A stretch of DNA of 64,000 nucleotides from contig BPKH01000001.1 in assembly GCA_026005035.1 (NCBI GenBank), positions 269,610-333,609 of the forward strand, in the 5' to 3' direction. The stretch is from Porticoccaceae bacterium (GTDB taxonomy: Bacteria > Pseudomonadota > Gammaproteobacteria > Pseudomonadales > Porticoccaceae). This document shows, one piece after another, positions 27,841 to 37,981 of the stretch. The stretch's first letter is position 1; the number at the start of each line of letters is the position of its first letter. The notes under the pieces were generated by a model. That model saw nothing but the letters and a program-made list of their open reading frames with translations. It did no database searches and was not told the DNA's origin. The position numbers and the translations under genes are program-made.

Positions 27841-29040
27841 GTGTTGATCGGCATTCCCAAAGAGACCAAACCGCGCGAGCACCGGGTGGCCATGACACCG
27901 GCCAACGTCCGCTTCTGGACCGAGAAGGGCGTCTCCTTCCTGGTGGAGGCGGGCGCGGGGAGCGCCGCCGGCCACCTGGACGCGGACTACCAGGAAGCGG
28001 GCGCGCGCATCGCCGCCAACCGCGCCGAAGTGTTCGGCCAGGCCGAGATCCTGCTCCAGGTGCAATCCTTCGGCGCCAATCAGGTCACCGCCGAACCGGA
28101 CCTCGAGCTGTTGCGACCGGGGCAGGTGGTGGCGGGGCTGATGGATCCCCTGGGCCACCCCGAGGTGGCCGCCCTGCTGGCCGAACGCGGGGTGACCGCC
28201 ATCGCCATGGAGCTCATCCCGCGGATCAGTCGCGCCCAGGCCATGGACGTGTTGTCCTCCATGGCCACCCTCGCCGGCTACAAGGGCGTGCTGCTGGGCG
28301 CCGTCGCCGCCAACCGGATCATGCCGTTGATGATGACCGCGGCGGGCACCCTGCAGCCCATGCGGGTGTTCGTCATGGGCGCCGGCGTGGCGGGACTCCA
28401 GGCTTGCGCCACCGCCAAGCGGCTCGGCGCGGTGGTGGAGGCCTACGACGTGCGGCCCGCCGCCCGCGAACAGATCCTGTCGGTGGGCGCCAAGCCGGTG
28501 GAGCTGCCCCTGGAGACCGACCAGGCCGAAGACAAGGGCGGCTACGCCAAGGCCCAGAGCGAAGAGTTCCTGCGCCGCCAGCGGGAGCTGATGAGCGAAG
28601 TGCTGGCCCGCCAGGACCTGGTGATCACCACCGCCTCGGTGCCCGGCGCCCGGGCGCCGGTCCTCATCACCGCGGAGATGGTGCGGGCCATGAAGCCCGG
28701 CTCGGTGATCGTCGATCTGGCGGCCGAGCGGGGCGGCAACTGCGAGCTCACCCGCCTCAACGAGACGGTGGTGGAGCACGGCGTGACCATTCTGGGGCCG
28801 GAAAACCCCGCCGCCACTATCCCCTACCACGCCAGCCAAATGTACGGCAAGAACATGGAGGTCTTGCTCTCCCACATTCTCGACGAATCCCTCCGGATCG
28901 CCCTCGACTTCGAGGACGAGATCATCCGCGAGATCGTCATCGCCCACGGCGGTGAAGTGCGCCACCCCCGGCTGCGCGCAGCGCTCGGCCTGCCGGAGCT
29001 CGCGCCGGCCGGCGACCGCCAAGAAGGAGGAGAAGCCTGA
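27841..29040 (+). CDS. pntAA: NAD(P) transhydrogenase subunit alpha part 1
   Basis: MLIGIPKETKPREHRVAMTP..., Rossmann VFVMGAGVAGLQA. GTG start at 27841. Confidence 0.9.
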   Translation: MLIGIPKETKPREHRVAMTPANVRFWTEKGVSFLVEAGAGSAAGHLDADYQEAGARIAANRAEVFGQAEILLQVQSFGANQVTAEPDLELLRPGQVVAGLMDPLGHPEVAALLAERGVTAIAMELIPRISRAQAMDVLSSMATLAGYKGVLLGAVAANRIMPLMMTAAGTLQPMRVFVMGAGVAGLQACATAKRLGAVVEAYDVRPAAREQILSVGAKPVELPLETDQAEDKGGYAKAQSEEFLRRQRELMSEVLARQDLVITTASVPGARAPVLITAEMVRAMKPGSVIVDLAAERGGNCELTRLNETVVEHGVTILGPENPAATIPYHASQMYGKNMEVLLSHILDESLRIALDFEDEIIREIVIAHGGEVRHPRLRAALGLPELAPAGDRQEGGEA

Positions 29041-29327
29041 TGGACCTCGATGCCCTGGTCATGCTGCTGTCCCTGTTCGTACTCTCCCTCTTTCTCGGAG
29101 TGGAGCTGATCACCAAGGTGCCGCCCACCCTGCACACCCCCCTGATGTCCGGCACCAACGCCATCTCGGGGATCACCCTGGTGGGCGCGCTCATCGCCGC
29201 CGGTTCCGGCGCCCACGGCACCCTGGTCAACCTGCTCGGCTTCGCCGCCGTCACCCTCGCCACCCTCAACGTGGTGGGCGGCTATCTGGTGACCAACCGC
29301 ATGCTGGCCATGTTCAAGAGGAAGTGA
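29040..29327 (+). CDS. pntAB: NAD(P) transhydrogenase subunit alpha part 2 (membrane)
   Basis: 95 aa. TPLMSGTNAISGITLVGA. The ATG shares its A with the pntAA stop (TGATG). Confidence 0.9.
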   Translation: MDLDALVMLLSLFVLSLFLGVELITKVPPTLHTPLMSGTNAISGITLVGALIAAGSGAHGTLVNLLGFAAVTLATLNVVGGYLVTNRMLAMFKRK

Positions 29328-29330
29328 CCG

Positions 29331-30749
29331 ATGCATCCCACCCTCGTCAATCTGGTCTACCTGGCCGCGGCGGTCCTCTTCATCCTCGGCATCAAGGGGC
29401 TGGCGCGCCCGCGCACTGCCGTCCAGGGCAACCTGCTGTCCGCGGTGGGGATGCTGCTCGCGGTGCTGGTCACCCTGTTGGACAAGCAGATCGTGCGCTA
29501 CGAGTACATCGTGGCCGGCGTCCTCCTGGGGAGCGCCATCGGCACCACCATGGCCATCAAGGTGCGCATGACCGCCATGCCCCAGATGGTGGCCCTGCTC
29601 AACGGCTTCGGCGGCGGCGCCTCCCTGGCGGTGGCGCTCGCCGAATACGTGGCGCGGATGGGCGAGGCACCAGCGGCGATGGGCAATCCCTTTGGGCCGG
29701 GCGCCGTGGGCATGGTGGCGCTCGCCGCCATCGGCCTGACCGCACTCATCGGCGGCGTCACTCTCACCGGCAGCCTGGTGGCCTTCGCCAAACTCCAGGA
29801 GCTTCTGAAGAAGGACCGCTCCCTTCCCGGCGGCACCTGGGCCAACGGACTGGTGGCCGCGGTGGCGGTGCTGGCCGTCGCCGGCCTGGTCCTCGACCCC
29901 AACCAGGGCGAGCTGTTGCTGGCGGTCACCCTGCTGGCCCTCGTTCTGGGCTTCGGCCTGGTGCTGCCCATCGGCGGGGCGGACATGCCGGTGGTCATCG
30001 CCCTCCTCAACTCCTACTCGGGGCTCGCCGCCGCCATGGCGGGCTTCATCCTCGGCAACATGGTGCTGATCGTCGCCGGCTCCCTGGTGGGCACCTCGGG
30101 GCTGATCCTCACCCGGATCATGTGCGCGGCCATGAACCGCTCTCTGCCCAACGTCCTGTTCGGCAAGATGGCCGAGGGGGCCGAGGCCATCGACGCCGAC
30201 GCCATCTACGCGGGCAAGGTCAAGAGCGCAAGCCCCGAAGAGGTGGCGATGATGCTCGAGACCGCCAAGCGGGTGATGATCGTCCCCGGCTACGGCATGG
30301 CCATGGCCCAGGCGCAACACGCGGTGCGCGAGCTGATGGACACCCTGGAGGCGCGCGGCTGCGAGGTGCTGTTCGCCATCCATCCGGTGGCGGGGCGGAT
30401 GCCGGGCCACATGAACGTGCTCTTGGCGGAAGCCGAGGTGCCCTACGAGAAGCTCCTGGAGATGGAGCGGGCCAACCCCCTCTTCGAGGAGACGGACGTG
30501 GCCATCGTGATCGGCGCCAACGACGTCACCAACCCCATGGCCCGGGAGGACAAGGGCAGCCCCATCTACGGCATGCCCATCTTGAACGTCGATCGGGCCA
30601 AGACCGTGGTGGTGATCAAGCGCTCCCTCTCGCCGGGCTTTGCCGGCCTGCCCAACCCCCTCTTTGCCCGAGACAACACCTACATGGTCTTCGGCGACGG
30701 GAAAAAGGCGGTGCTGGACATGGTGGCCGCGCTGGAATCGGCCTCCTAA
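29331..30749 (+). CDS. pntB: NAD(P) transhydrogenase subunit beta
   Basis: 472 aa. N-terminal TM bundle and C-terminal NADP(H) domain ...VMIVPGYGMAMAQAQH...IGANDVTNP... Confidence 0.9.
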   Translation: MHPTLVNLVYLAAAVLFILGIKGLARPRTAVQGNLLSAVGMLLAVLVTLLDKQIVRYEYIVAGVLLGSAIGTTMAIKVRMTAMPQMVALLNGFGGGASLAVALAEYVARMGEAPAAMGNPFGPGAVGMVALAAIGLTALIGGVTLTGSLVAFAKLQELLKKDRSLPGGTWANGLVAAVAVLAVAGLVLDPNQGELLLAVTLLALVLGFGLVLPIGGADMPVVIALLNSYSGLAAAMAGFILGNMVLIVAGSLVGTSGLILTRIMCAAMNRSLPNVLFGKMAEGAEAIDADAIYAGKVKSASPEEVAMMLETAKRVMIVPGYGMAMAQAQHAVRELMDTLEARGCEVLFAIHPVAGRMPGHMNVLLAEAEVPYEKLLEMERANPLFEETDVAIVIGANDVTNPMAREDKGSPIYGMPILNVDRAKTVVVIKRSLSPGFAGLPNPLFARDNTYMVFGDGKKAVLDMVAALESAS

Positions 30750-30797
30750 GGCCCCCTGCCGGGCGCGGCCGAGGGCTGCGCCCGGCGGGAAGCACTT

Positions 30798-32147
30798 TTA
30801 GGCCGACGCCAGGGCGACGATCTCCGCCACTTTCCGTTCCACCAGCGCCCGGTCACCCCGGCTTTCCACGTTGAGCCGCAGCAGCGGTTCGGTGTTGGAG
30901 GCGCGCAAGTTAAAGCGCCAGCGGGGAAAGGTGCAGCTGATCCCGTCGGGCGATTCGATTTCGCCCCCCGCCGCGGCGTAGTGGGCGGCCACCCGCGCCA
31001 GCGCCGCCCGGGGGTCGGCGACCGAGAGATTGATCTCGCCGCTGCAGGGGAAAGCGGCGATGGCCTCCGCCAGGAGCGCGGAAAGGGGCCGCTCGGCGCG
31101 GCACAACAGCTCGGCCACCATCAGCCAGGGAATCATGCCGCTGTCGCAGTAGGCGAAGTCGCGGAAGTAGTGGTGGGCGCTCATCTCTCCGCCGTAGACG
31201 GCGTCCGCCGCCCGCATCGCCGCCTTGACGAAGGCGTGGCCGGTGCGGCTCTGCACGGCGCGCCCGCCGGCGCGGGCCACGACCTCGCGGGTGTTCCACA
31301 AAAGGCGCGGATCGTGGACCACAGCCCCGCCGGGCTCTCGCTCCAGAAAGGCGGCAGCGAGCAGACCCACCAGGTAGTAGCCCTCCACGAAGGCGCCCGT
31401 CTCGTCGAAGAAAAAACAGCGGTCGAAGTCCCCGTCCCAGGCCACGCCGAAATCGGCCCCGGCCGCCTGTACCGCCGCGGCGGTGTCTTGCCGCCGGTCG
31501 GGCAGCAGAGGGTTCGGCACGCCGTTGGGAAAGCGCCCATCGGGCTCGTGGTGGACCTTGACGAAGCGAAAGGGCAGCGCGTCCTCCAACAGGTCCACCA
31601 CCCGCCCCGCGCCGCCGTTGCCGGCGTTGGTGACGATGGTGAGCGGCGCAAGCCGGTCGGCGCGCACGTAGCCGAGCAGGTGGTCGAGGTAGGCGTCCGC
31701 ACAGCGCAATGGGCGGCGCGGGCCGCGCCGGGCGGGGGCCGGGAAGTCCGCCCCTTCGGCGCGGCGCCGAATGGCGGCCAGTTCCTCGCCCCCCAGGGGG
31801 CGGGCGCCCGGCCCCACCAGCTTGATGCCGTTGTAGTCCGCCGGATTGTGGCTGGCGGTGACCATGAACCCGGCGTCGAAGCCGCCGGCGAAGGTGGCGA
31901 AGTAGACCTCCTCCGTGCCGCACAGGCCCAATTCCGCCACCGCACAGCCGGCGGCGGCGGCACCGGCGGCGAGCGCCTCGGCGAGTGGTGGGCTGGAAAG
32001 GCGCACGTCGCGGCCCACCACCACCCGGCTCGCGCCCAGCACTTCCACCGCCGCCCGCCCGATGCGAAAGCAGCGCTCCTCGTCCAGCTCCTCGGGCACC
32101 CGGCCGCGGACGTCGTAGGCCTTGAAGCAGGTCAAGGGGCCCTTCAC
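30798..32147 (-). CDS. phosphomannomutase/phosphoglucomutase (AlgC/XanA-like)
   Basis: GTG 32147 overlaps the galU stop (GTGA), inside read-through ORF 30798..33086. FKAYDVRG, active-site loop VTASHNPADYNGIKL, GVAWDGDFDRC. Confidence 0.88.
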   Translation of the reverse strand: MKGPLTCFKAYDVRGRVPEELDEERCFRIGRAAVEVLGASRVVVGRDVRLSSPPLAEALAAGAAAAGCAVAELGLCGTEEVYFATFAGGFDAGFMVTASHNPADYNGIKLVGPGARPLGGEELAAIRRRAEGADFPAPARRGPRRPLRCADAYLDHLLGYVRADRLAPLTIVTNAGNGGAGRVVDLLEDALPFRFVKVHHEPDGRFPNGVPNPLLPDRRQDTAAAVQAAGADFGVAWDGDFDRCFFFDETGAFVEGYYLVGLLAAAFLEREPGGAVVHDPRLLWNTREVVARAGGRAVQSRTGHAFVKAAMRAADAVYGGEMSAHHYFRDFAYCDSGMIPWLMVAELLCRAERPLSALLAEAIAAFPCSGEINLSVADPRAALARVAAHYAAAGGEIESPDGISCTFPRWRFNLRASNTEPLLRLNVESRGDRALVERKVAEIVALASA

Positions 32148-32989
32148 GGCCGCTCGCACTCCTTCTTGTAGATGTGTTCGTAGACGTAGTTGGTGGCCGC
32201 CACGTAGCCGTCGATGGAGCCACAATCGAAGCGCAGACCGCGGAACTTCCAGGCCAACACCCGCCCCCGCTGGGCCAGCGTGGACAGGGCGTCGGTGATC
32301 TGGATCTCGCCGTTCTTGCCCGGCGGCGTGTGGCGCAACACCTCGAAGACGTCGGGGGTCAACACGTAGCGGCCGATCACCGCCAGGCGGCTGGGCGCTT
32401 CGCCGGGTTCGGGCTTTTCCACCATTCGGCTCACCGTGTAGAGCCGCTCGTCGAGCTGTTCGGCCTCGATGACGCCGAATTTGTGCACCTCTTCGGGGGG
32501 GACTTCCTGGACCGCCACCACCGACTTGCCGAAGCGCCGGTAGAGCTGGAGGAGCTGCAGCATCACCGGGTCGTCCCCCTCCTCCACCAAGCACAGATCG
32601 TCGGCCAGGATCACCCCGAAGGGTTCGTACCCGACCAGGAGCTCGGCCACCAGGATGGCGTGGCCGAGCCCCTTCATCTCCGGCTGGCGGGTGGAGCAGA
32701 TCTTCGCCTTCTGGATCACCTCGCGGATGCCCGCCAGGTACTTTTCCTTGTCGGTGCCGGCGATCTGGTGCTCGAGCTCGTAGCTGACGTCGAAGTGGTC
32801 GATGATCGCCCGCTTGCCGCGGCCGGTGACGAAGCCGATCTCGTCGAGCCCCGAGGCGAGGGCCTCTTCCACCCCGTACTGCACCAGCGGCTTGTTGACG
32901 ATGGGCAGCATCTCCTTGGGCATCGCCTTGGTGGCCGGAAGAAAGCGGGTGCCGTACCCCGCCACGGGAAAAATGCACTTCTTGATCAT
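32144..32989 (-). CDS. galU: UTP--glucose-1-phosphate uridylyltransferase
   Basis: ATG 32989 follows [43 protein letters not shown]. Confidence 0.92.
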   Translation of the reverse strand: MIKKCIFPVAGYGTRFLPATKAMPKEMLPIVNKPLVQYGVEEALASGLDEIGFVTGRGKRAIIDHFDVSYELEHQIAGTDKEKYLAGIREVIQKAKICSTRQPEMKGLGHAILVAELLVGYEPFGVILADDLCLVEEGDDPVMLQLLQLYRRFGKSVVAVQEVPPEEVHKFGVIEAEQLDERLYTVSRMVEKPEPGEAPSRLAVIGRYVLTPDVFEVLRHTPPGKNGEIQITDALSTLAQRGRVLAWKFRGLRFDCGSIDGYVAATNYVYEHIYKKECERP

Positions 32990-33015
32990 CTCGCCTCCAC
33001 CACGGGCCCGCCGAC

Positions 33016-33043
33016 TGGACAGGCCGGGCCGATCCGCTAGAAT
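33016..33043 (+). promoter_or_regulatory. sigma70-type promoter of fabA-fabB
   Basis: TGGACA (33016..33021), 16 nt, TAGAAT (33038..33043). Confidence 0.45.
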
Positions 33044-33084
33044 GGGCCGGCATTTTACCAACCCCTTCCACCCTCGAGACCGCC

Positions 33085-33609
33085 ATGGCCGAACCCCGCC
33101 GCGAGCACAGCTACGACCGGGAAGCACTCCTCGCCTGCAGTCGCGGCGAACTGTTCGGCCCCGATCGGGCGCGGCTTCCGGCGCCGAACATGTTGATGTT
33201 CGACCGGATCACCGAGATCAGCGCCGAGGGCGGCCGCTACGGTCGCGGGCTCGTGCGGGCGGAGCTCGACATCCACCCCGACCTGTGGTTTTTCCACTGC
33301 CACTTCGTGGGCGACCCGGTGATGCCCGGCTGCCTCGGCCTCGACGCCCTCTGGCAGCTGACCGGCTTCTTCCTCGCCTGGCGGGGCAACGAGGGGCGCG
33401 GGCGCGCCCTGGGCGCCGGCGAAGTGAAGTTTTTCGGCCAGGTGCTGCCCACCGCCCGCTTGGTCACCTACGAGCTGGACATCTCGCGGGTCGTCGAGCG
33501 CTCGCTGGTGATGGCCATCGCCGACGGGCGCGTGGCGGTGGACGGGCGCGAGATCTACACCGCCCGCGACCTTAGGGTGGGGCTTTTCACCTCCACCGAC
33601 AATTTCTAA
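33085..33609 (+). CDS. fabA: 3-hydroxydecanoyl-ACP dehydratase/isomerase
   Basis: [16 protein letters not shown]...[28 protein letters not shown]. Confidence 0.93.
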   Translation: MAEPRREHSYDREALLACSRGELFGPDRARLPAPNMLMFDRITEISAEGGRYGRGLVRAELDIHPDLWFFHCHFVGDPVMPGCLGLDALWQLTGFFLAWRGNEGRGRALGAGEVKFFGQVLPTARLVTYELDISRVVERSLVMAIADGRVAVDGREIYTARDLRVGLFTSTDNF

Positions 33610-33662
33610 ACGGCGGCACTGCCACTACACTTGGGCGACGCAACGGTTTCCAGGGAGTCAGC

Positions 33663-34880
33663 ATGAGGCGCGCAGTCATCACCGGCATCGGCATCGTCTC
33701 CTGCATCGGGAACGACAAGGAGACGGTGGTGGAATCCCTCAGGGCGGGCCGCAGCGGCATCCGCTTCAAAGAGGACTACCGGGAGATGGGGCTGCGCAGC
33801 AACGTCGCCGGGCAGATCGACCTCGACCTGCCGGCCCTGATCGACCGCAAGCACTTGCGCTTCATGGGCAACGCCGCCGCCTACGGCTACGTGGCCATGG
33901 ACCGGGCCATCCAGGACGCGGGCTTGCCGGAAGAGATGGTCTCCCACCCCCGCACGGGGATCATCATGGGCTCGGGGGGGGTTTCCGGAGAAAAGTTCGT
34001 CGAGACCATCGACACCCTGCGCAGCCGGGGCGTGAAGCGGATCGGCCCCTACCGGGTCACCCAGATCATGGCCAGCACCGTCTCCGCCTGCCTCGCCACC
34101 CCCTTTCGCATCAAGGGCCTCAACATTTCCATCGCCTCCGCCTGCGCCACCTCGGCCCACTGCATCGGCGCGGCGCTGGAGCAGATCCAGCTCGGCAAGC
34201 AGGACCTGGTCTTCGCGGGCGGATCCGAAGAGGAGCACTGGTCCATGGCCTGCATGTTCGACGCCATGGGCGCCCTGTCCACCGCCTTCAACGACCGCCC
34301 CGAGCGCGCTTCCCGCCCCTACGACGTGGACCGGGACGGCTTCGTGATGTCCTGCGGAGCCGGCTGCGTGGTGGTGGAGGAGCTCGAACACGCCCTCGCC
34401 CGGGGCGCCCACATCTACGCGGAGATCGTCGGCTACGGCGCCACCTCCGATGGCTACGACATGGTCGCCCCCTCCGGTGAGGGCGCCGTGCGCTGCATGC
34501 GCCAAGCCCTGGCCACGGTGGAAAGGCCGGTGGACTACGTCAACACCCACGGCACCAGCACGCCCCTCGGCGACATCCAGGAGCTCAAGGCGATCCGGGA
34601 AGTGTTCGGAGACCAGGTGCCACCCCTCTCCTCCACCAAATCGATGACCGGCCACTCCCTGGGCGCCGCGGGGGTGCACGAGGCGATCTTCTGCCTGTTG
34701 ATGATGGAGCACGGCTTCATCGCCCCCTCCATCAACGTCGAGCGCCTGGATCCCGAGGCGGGCGACTTCCCCATCGTCACCCAGACCGTCGAGGGCGCAA
34801 CCCTCGAGCGGGTGCTCACCAACAGCTTCGGGTTCGGCGGCACCAACGCCACCCTGGTCCTGGAGAAATTCCGCGGCTGA
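33663..34880 (+). CDS. fabB: 3-oxoacyl-ACP synthase I
   Basis: [17 protein letters not shown]..., active-site [33 protein letters not shown]. Confidence 0.93.
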   Translation: MRRAVITGIGIVSCIGNDKETVVESLRAGRSGIRFKEDYREMGLRSNVAGQIDLDLPALIDRKHLRFMGNAAAYGYVAMDRAIQDAGLPEEMVSHPRTGIIMGSGGVSGEKFVETIDTLRSRGVKRIGPYRVTQIMASTVSACLATPFRIKGLNISIASACATSAHCIGAALEQIQLGKQDLVFAGGSEEEHWSMACMFDAMGALSTAFNDRPERASRPYDVDRDGFVMSCGAGCVVVEELEHALARGAHIYAEIVGYGATSDGYDMVAPSGEGAVRCMRQALATVERPVDYVNTHGTSTPLGDIQELKAIREVFGDQVPPLSSTKSMTGHSLGAAGVHEAIFCLLMMEHGFIAPSINVERLDPEAGDFPIVTQTVEGATLERVLTNSFGFGGTNATLVLEKFRG

Positions 34881-34904
34881 GCCAGGGCGCGCCGCGGCAC
34901 GCCC

Positions 34905-35363
34905 TCAGAAGGGGATGTCGTCGTCGAAGTCCTCGAAGGCGCCACCCGCCTCTTGAGACGTCTTCGGGGGTGGGGGTTCGCGGCGGGAACCTTCCGGGAC
35001 GCCGCCCAGCCCCGCCGGAGACTCGCCGCGGCTGTCGAGCATCTGCATGTCGCTCGCCACGATCTCGGTGGTGTAGCGGTCCTGGCCGTCCTGCCCCTGC
35101 CACTTGCGGGTGCGCAGCGAACCCTCGATGTAGACCCGCGACCCCTTGCGCAAGTACTGCGCGGCCACCTCGGCGAGGCGGTTGAACATCACCACCCGGT
35201 GCCACTCGGTGCGCTCCTGCTGCTCGCCGCTCTCCCGGTCCCGCCACACTTCGGTGGTGGCCACGCGCAGGTTGGTGACCGGACTGCCGCTCGCGGTATA
35301 GCGGGTCTCCGGGTCCGCCCCCAGATTGCCGATCAGGATCACCTTGTTCACGCCCCTGGCCAT
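34905..35363 (-). CDS. ssb: single-stranded DNA-binding protein
   Basis: [23 protein letters not shown]..., acidic tail [10 protein letters not shown]. Confidence 0.95.
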   Translation of the reverse strand: MARGVNKVILIGNLGADPETRYTASGSPVTNLRVATTEVWRDRESGEQQERTEWHRVVMFNRLAEVAAQYLRKGSRVYIEGSLRTRKWQGQDGQDRYTTEIVASDMQMLDSRGESPAGLGGVPEGSRREPPPPKTSQEAGGAFEDFDDDIPF

Positions 35364-35420
35364 CTCCCCTCCTCCGGTCCCTTTGGCGACGGGCCAGTTT
35401 ACCCCGCGCGCCGGCGGCTG

Positions 35421-36791
35421 TCATGGGCGCCCGGCGGCCCCCTCGCGCAGGAGCGCGTCCAGCTCTTCCCGGGAGAAGCGGCTTTTGTCCACCTTCAGGT
35501 AGAGCAACCGCTCCTCGGGAAAGAGGGTGATCTCCTCGACGCCCTTGCAGCATTCCCGCAGCCGTTCGACGGCCGCCGCCGCGGGGTATTCGGCCAAGTC
35601 CACCACCACCGTGCCCCAGTTGGGCGGCGGCGCCATGGTGGCCGCCACCCCCAGCCACAGCGCCGCCACGGCGGCCGCCAGCCAGAAGACGTCCTCCAGC
35701 CCCGAGCCGTGGGCCACGAGCCCGCCGAGCGCCCCCCCGGCAAAGGCGCCCAGGAACTGGCTCGAGGAGAAGACGCCCATGGCGGTGCCCCGGGTACCGG
35801 CCGGAGCGATCTTGCTCACCAGGGACGGCAACACCGCCTCCAGGAGGTTGAAGCCTACGAAGAAGGCGAGGGCCCCCGCGGCGAAGAGGAAGAACCGCTC
35901 GCCGGCCATCGCCAAAAGGCCGTCGCCCGCCATCAGCGCGGCGATGCCGAACAGCAACACCGGCTTGAGGCGGCCGCGCCGCTCGCCGTGGATCACCAGG
36001 GGAATCATGAGGAAAAAGCCGCCGCCCATGGCGGCGAGATAGAAGAGCCAGTGCCGCTCCAGGGGCAGGTGGTGGCGCTCCGCCAGCAGGGTGGGCACCG
36101 CCACCCAACTGGCCATCTGGGCCAGGTGGAGGGCGAAGACCCCGAAATCGAGGCGCAGCAGCTGGCCGTGGGACAGGACCCTGCCCAAAAGGCGCGGCAC
36201 GGCGAGGCTCTCGCTGGCGGCGAGCCGGCTCGGCGCCGCCGGCGCGGGGATCCAGAAGACCACCAGGGCGATCCCCAAAGCGGCGAGCAGGGCGGTGAGC
36301 CAGAAGATGGCCGCGAGTCCCCAGTGGGCGGCGAGCAGCGGGCCGAGGACCATGGCCGCGGCGAAGGCGAGGCCGATGCTGCCGCCCACGGCGGCCATGG
36401 CGCGGGTCCGGTGTTCCTCGGTGGTCAAGTCGGCGAGCAGGGCCATGACGGCGCTGGCCACCGCGCCCGCGCCCTGCAGCGCCCGGCCCAGAATCAGGCC
36501 GTGGATGCTCTCGGTCATCGCCGCCAGCACGCTCCCAGCGCAGAACACCGCCATGCCGCCGGCGATCACCACCCGCCGTCCGACCCGGTCCGAGAGGAGG
36601 CCCAGGGGGATCTGCAGGAGTCCCTGGGTGAGGCCGTAGGCGCCCAGGGCCACGCCCACCAGCGCCGGACTCACCCCCCGATAGTGTTCCGCCTCCAGGG
36701 CGAGCACCGGCAGGACCATGAAGAGCCCGAGCATGCGGGTGGCGTAGAGGGCGACGAGTCCGGTCAGGCCGCGCAGCTCTTGGGGATTCAT
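35421..36791 (-). CDS. MFS transporter (YajR-like, with extra C-terminal cytosolic domain)
   Basis: ATG 36791 lies inside ORF 35421..36992. MFS motif A GLLSDRVGRR, 12 TM-like segments, then the soluble tail VVVDLAEYPAAAAVERLRECCKGVEEITLFPEERLLYLKVD. Confidence 0.7.
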   Translation of the reverse strand: MNPQELRGLTGLVALYATRMLGLFMVLPVLALEAEHYRGVSPALVGVALGAYGLTQGLLQIPLGLLSDRVGRRVVIAGGMAVFCAGSVLAAMTESIHGLILGRALQGAGAVASAVMALLADLTTEEHRTRAMAAVGGSIGLAFAAAMVLGPLLAAHWGLAAIFWLTALLAALGIALVVFWIPAPAAPSRLAASESLAVPRLLGRVLSHGQLLRLDFGVFALHLAQMASWVAVPTLLAERHHLPLERHWLFYLAAMGGGFFLMIPLVIHGERRGRLKPVLLFGIAALMAGDGLLAMAGERFFLFAAGALAFFVGFNLLEAVLPSLVSKIAPAGTRGTAMGVFSSSQFLGAFAGGALGGLVAHGSGLEDVFWLAAAVAALWLGVAATMAPPPNWGTVVVDLAEYPAAAAVERLRECCKGVEEITLFPEERLLYLKVDKSRFSREELDALLREGAAGRP

Positions 36792-36873
36792 CGCGTCGTG
36801 GCAGCGGGTCGGGCCGTCCATTATACGCGCCATACGCGCCGGCCCGCCGCCGGCCGAAACGCAGCGCGGCGCC

Positions 36874-37881
36874 TCAGCCGGCGTAGCCGCACGGATTTTG
36901 CTGCTGCCAGCGCCAGTGGTCGGCCACCATGGCCTCGAGGTCCCGCTCGGCCCGCCAGCCGAGCAATCGTTCCGCGCGGGTGGGATCGGCATAGCACTCC
37001 GCCACGTCCCCGGGGCGGCGCGGCGCGAAGGCCAGCGGCACCGGCCGGCCGCTCGCGCGGCGCAGCGCCTCCACCACCTCGAGGACGCTGTAGCCCCGCC
37101 CGGTGCCGAGGTTGAGCGCCGCGAAGCCGGGGCGGAGGGCGGCGAGGGCAGCCAGGTGGCCGCGTGCGAGGTCCACCACGTGGACGTAGTCGCGCACCCC
37201 GGTTCCGTCGCGGGTGGGCCAGTCGCGGCCGAACACCTCGAGCCGTGGTCGCCGGCCGGCCGCCACTTGGACGGCGAGGGGCATCAGGTTGGCCGGCTCG
37301 CCCCGCGGGTCCTCGCCGAGCCAACCGCTCTCGTGGGCCCCCACCGGATTGAAGTAGCGCAGGGCGAGGAAGTGCCAGCGGCCATCGGCGCCGGCCCACT
37401 CGGCGAGGAGCCGCTCGACGGCGAGCTTGGTCTCCCCGTAGGGGTTGACCGGCGCGGTCGGATCGATCTCGGCCACCGGCACCCGTGCCGGCATCCCGTA
37501 GACAGTCGCCGACGAGCTGAACACCAGCCGCCACACCCCCGCCCGCGCCATGGCCTCGAGCAGGCGGCGGGTGCCGGCGACGTTGACCTCCCAGTAGAGG
37601 TCCGGGCGCTGGACCGATTCTGCCACCGACTTGCGGCCCGCAAAGTGGAGCACGCAGTCCACCGGATGGCGGGCGAAGAGCCGGCGGAGGGTCGCCGCAT
37701 CGCGCAAATCGCCCCGCACCACCCGCACCGGCTTGCCGGTGAGGCGCCGGATCCGCTCGAGCACCGCCGGATGGCTGTTGCTGAAGTCGTCGAAGACCAC
37801 CACGCCGAACCCCGCGGCGAGGAGTTCAACCACCGCGTGGCTGCCGACGTAGCCGGCACCACCCGTGACCAGTACTTCCAT
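36874..37881 (-). CDS. galE: UDP-glucose 4-epimerase
   Basis: ATG 37881. MEVLVTGGAGYVGSH, SSSATVYG, YGETK, RYFNPVGAH. Confidence 0.9.
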   Translation of the reverse strand: MEVLVTGGAGYVGSHAVVELLAAGFGVVVFDDFSNSHPAVLERIRRLTGKPVRVVRGDLRDAATLRRLFARHPVDCVLHFAGRKSVAESVQRPDLYWEVNVAGTRRLLEAMARAGVWRLVFSSSATVYGMPARVPVAEIDPTAPVNPYGETKLAVERLLAEWAGADGRWHFLALRYFNPVGAHESGWLGEDPRGEPANLMPLAVQVAAGRRPRLEVFGRDWPTRDGTGVRDYVHVVDLARGHLAALAALRPGFAALNLGTGRGYSVLEVVEALRRASGRPVPLAFAPRRPGDVAECYADPTRAERLLGWRAERDLEAMVADHWRWQQQNPCGYAG

Positions 37882-37981
37882 GGCTTCTGCACCCCGCGGC
37901 CGATGGTAGCACGCACCGCTGACCTTGAAGCCGGTGCTCGCCTCGCGCATGATTGCTGGCTTTGCCCCGGTTTTTTATGCC

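Noticed and set aside
26596-29022. 808-aa minus-strand ORF, and similar long antisense ORFs (38093..40333, 42164..44404, 56178..57833, 951..2294)
   Set aside because: Each lies opposite a gene with clear family motifs (ispB/pntAA, uvrA, cca/mscS, MBL hydrolase, LLM). None shows any motif of its own.
30798-33086. 762-aa ORF suggesting a giant phosphomannomutase
   Set aside because: The upstream 312 codons are an out-of-frame reading through galU. PMM homology begins at GTG 32147, which overlaps the galU stop.
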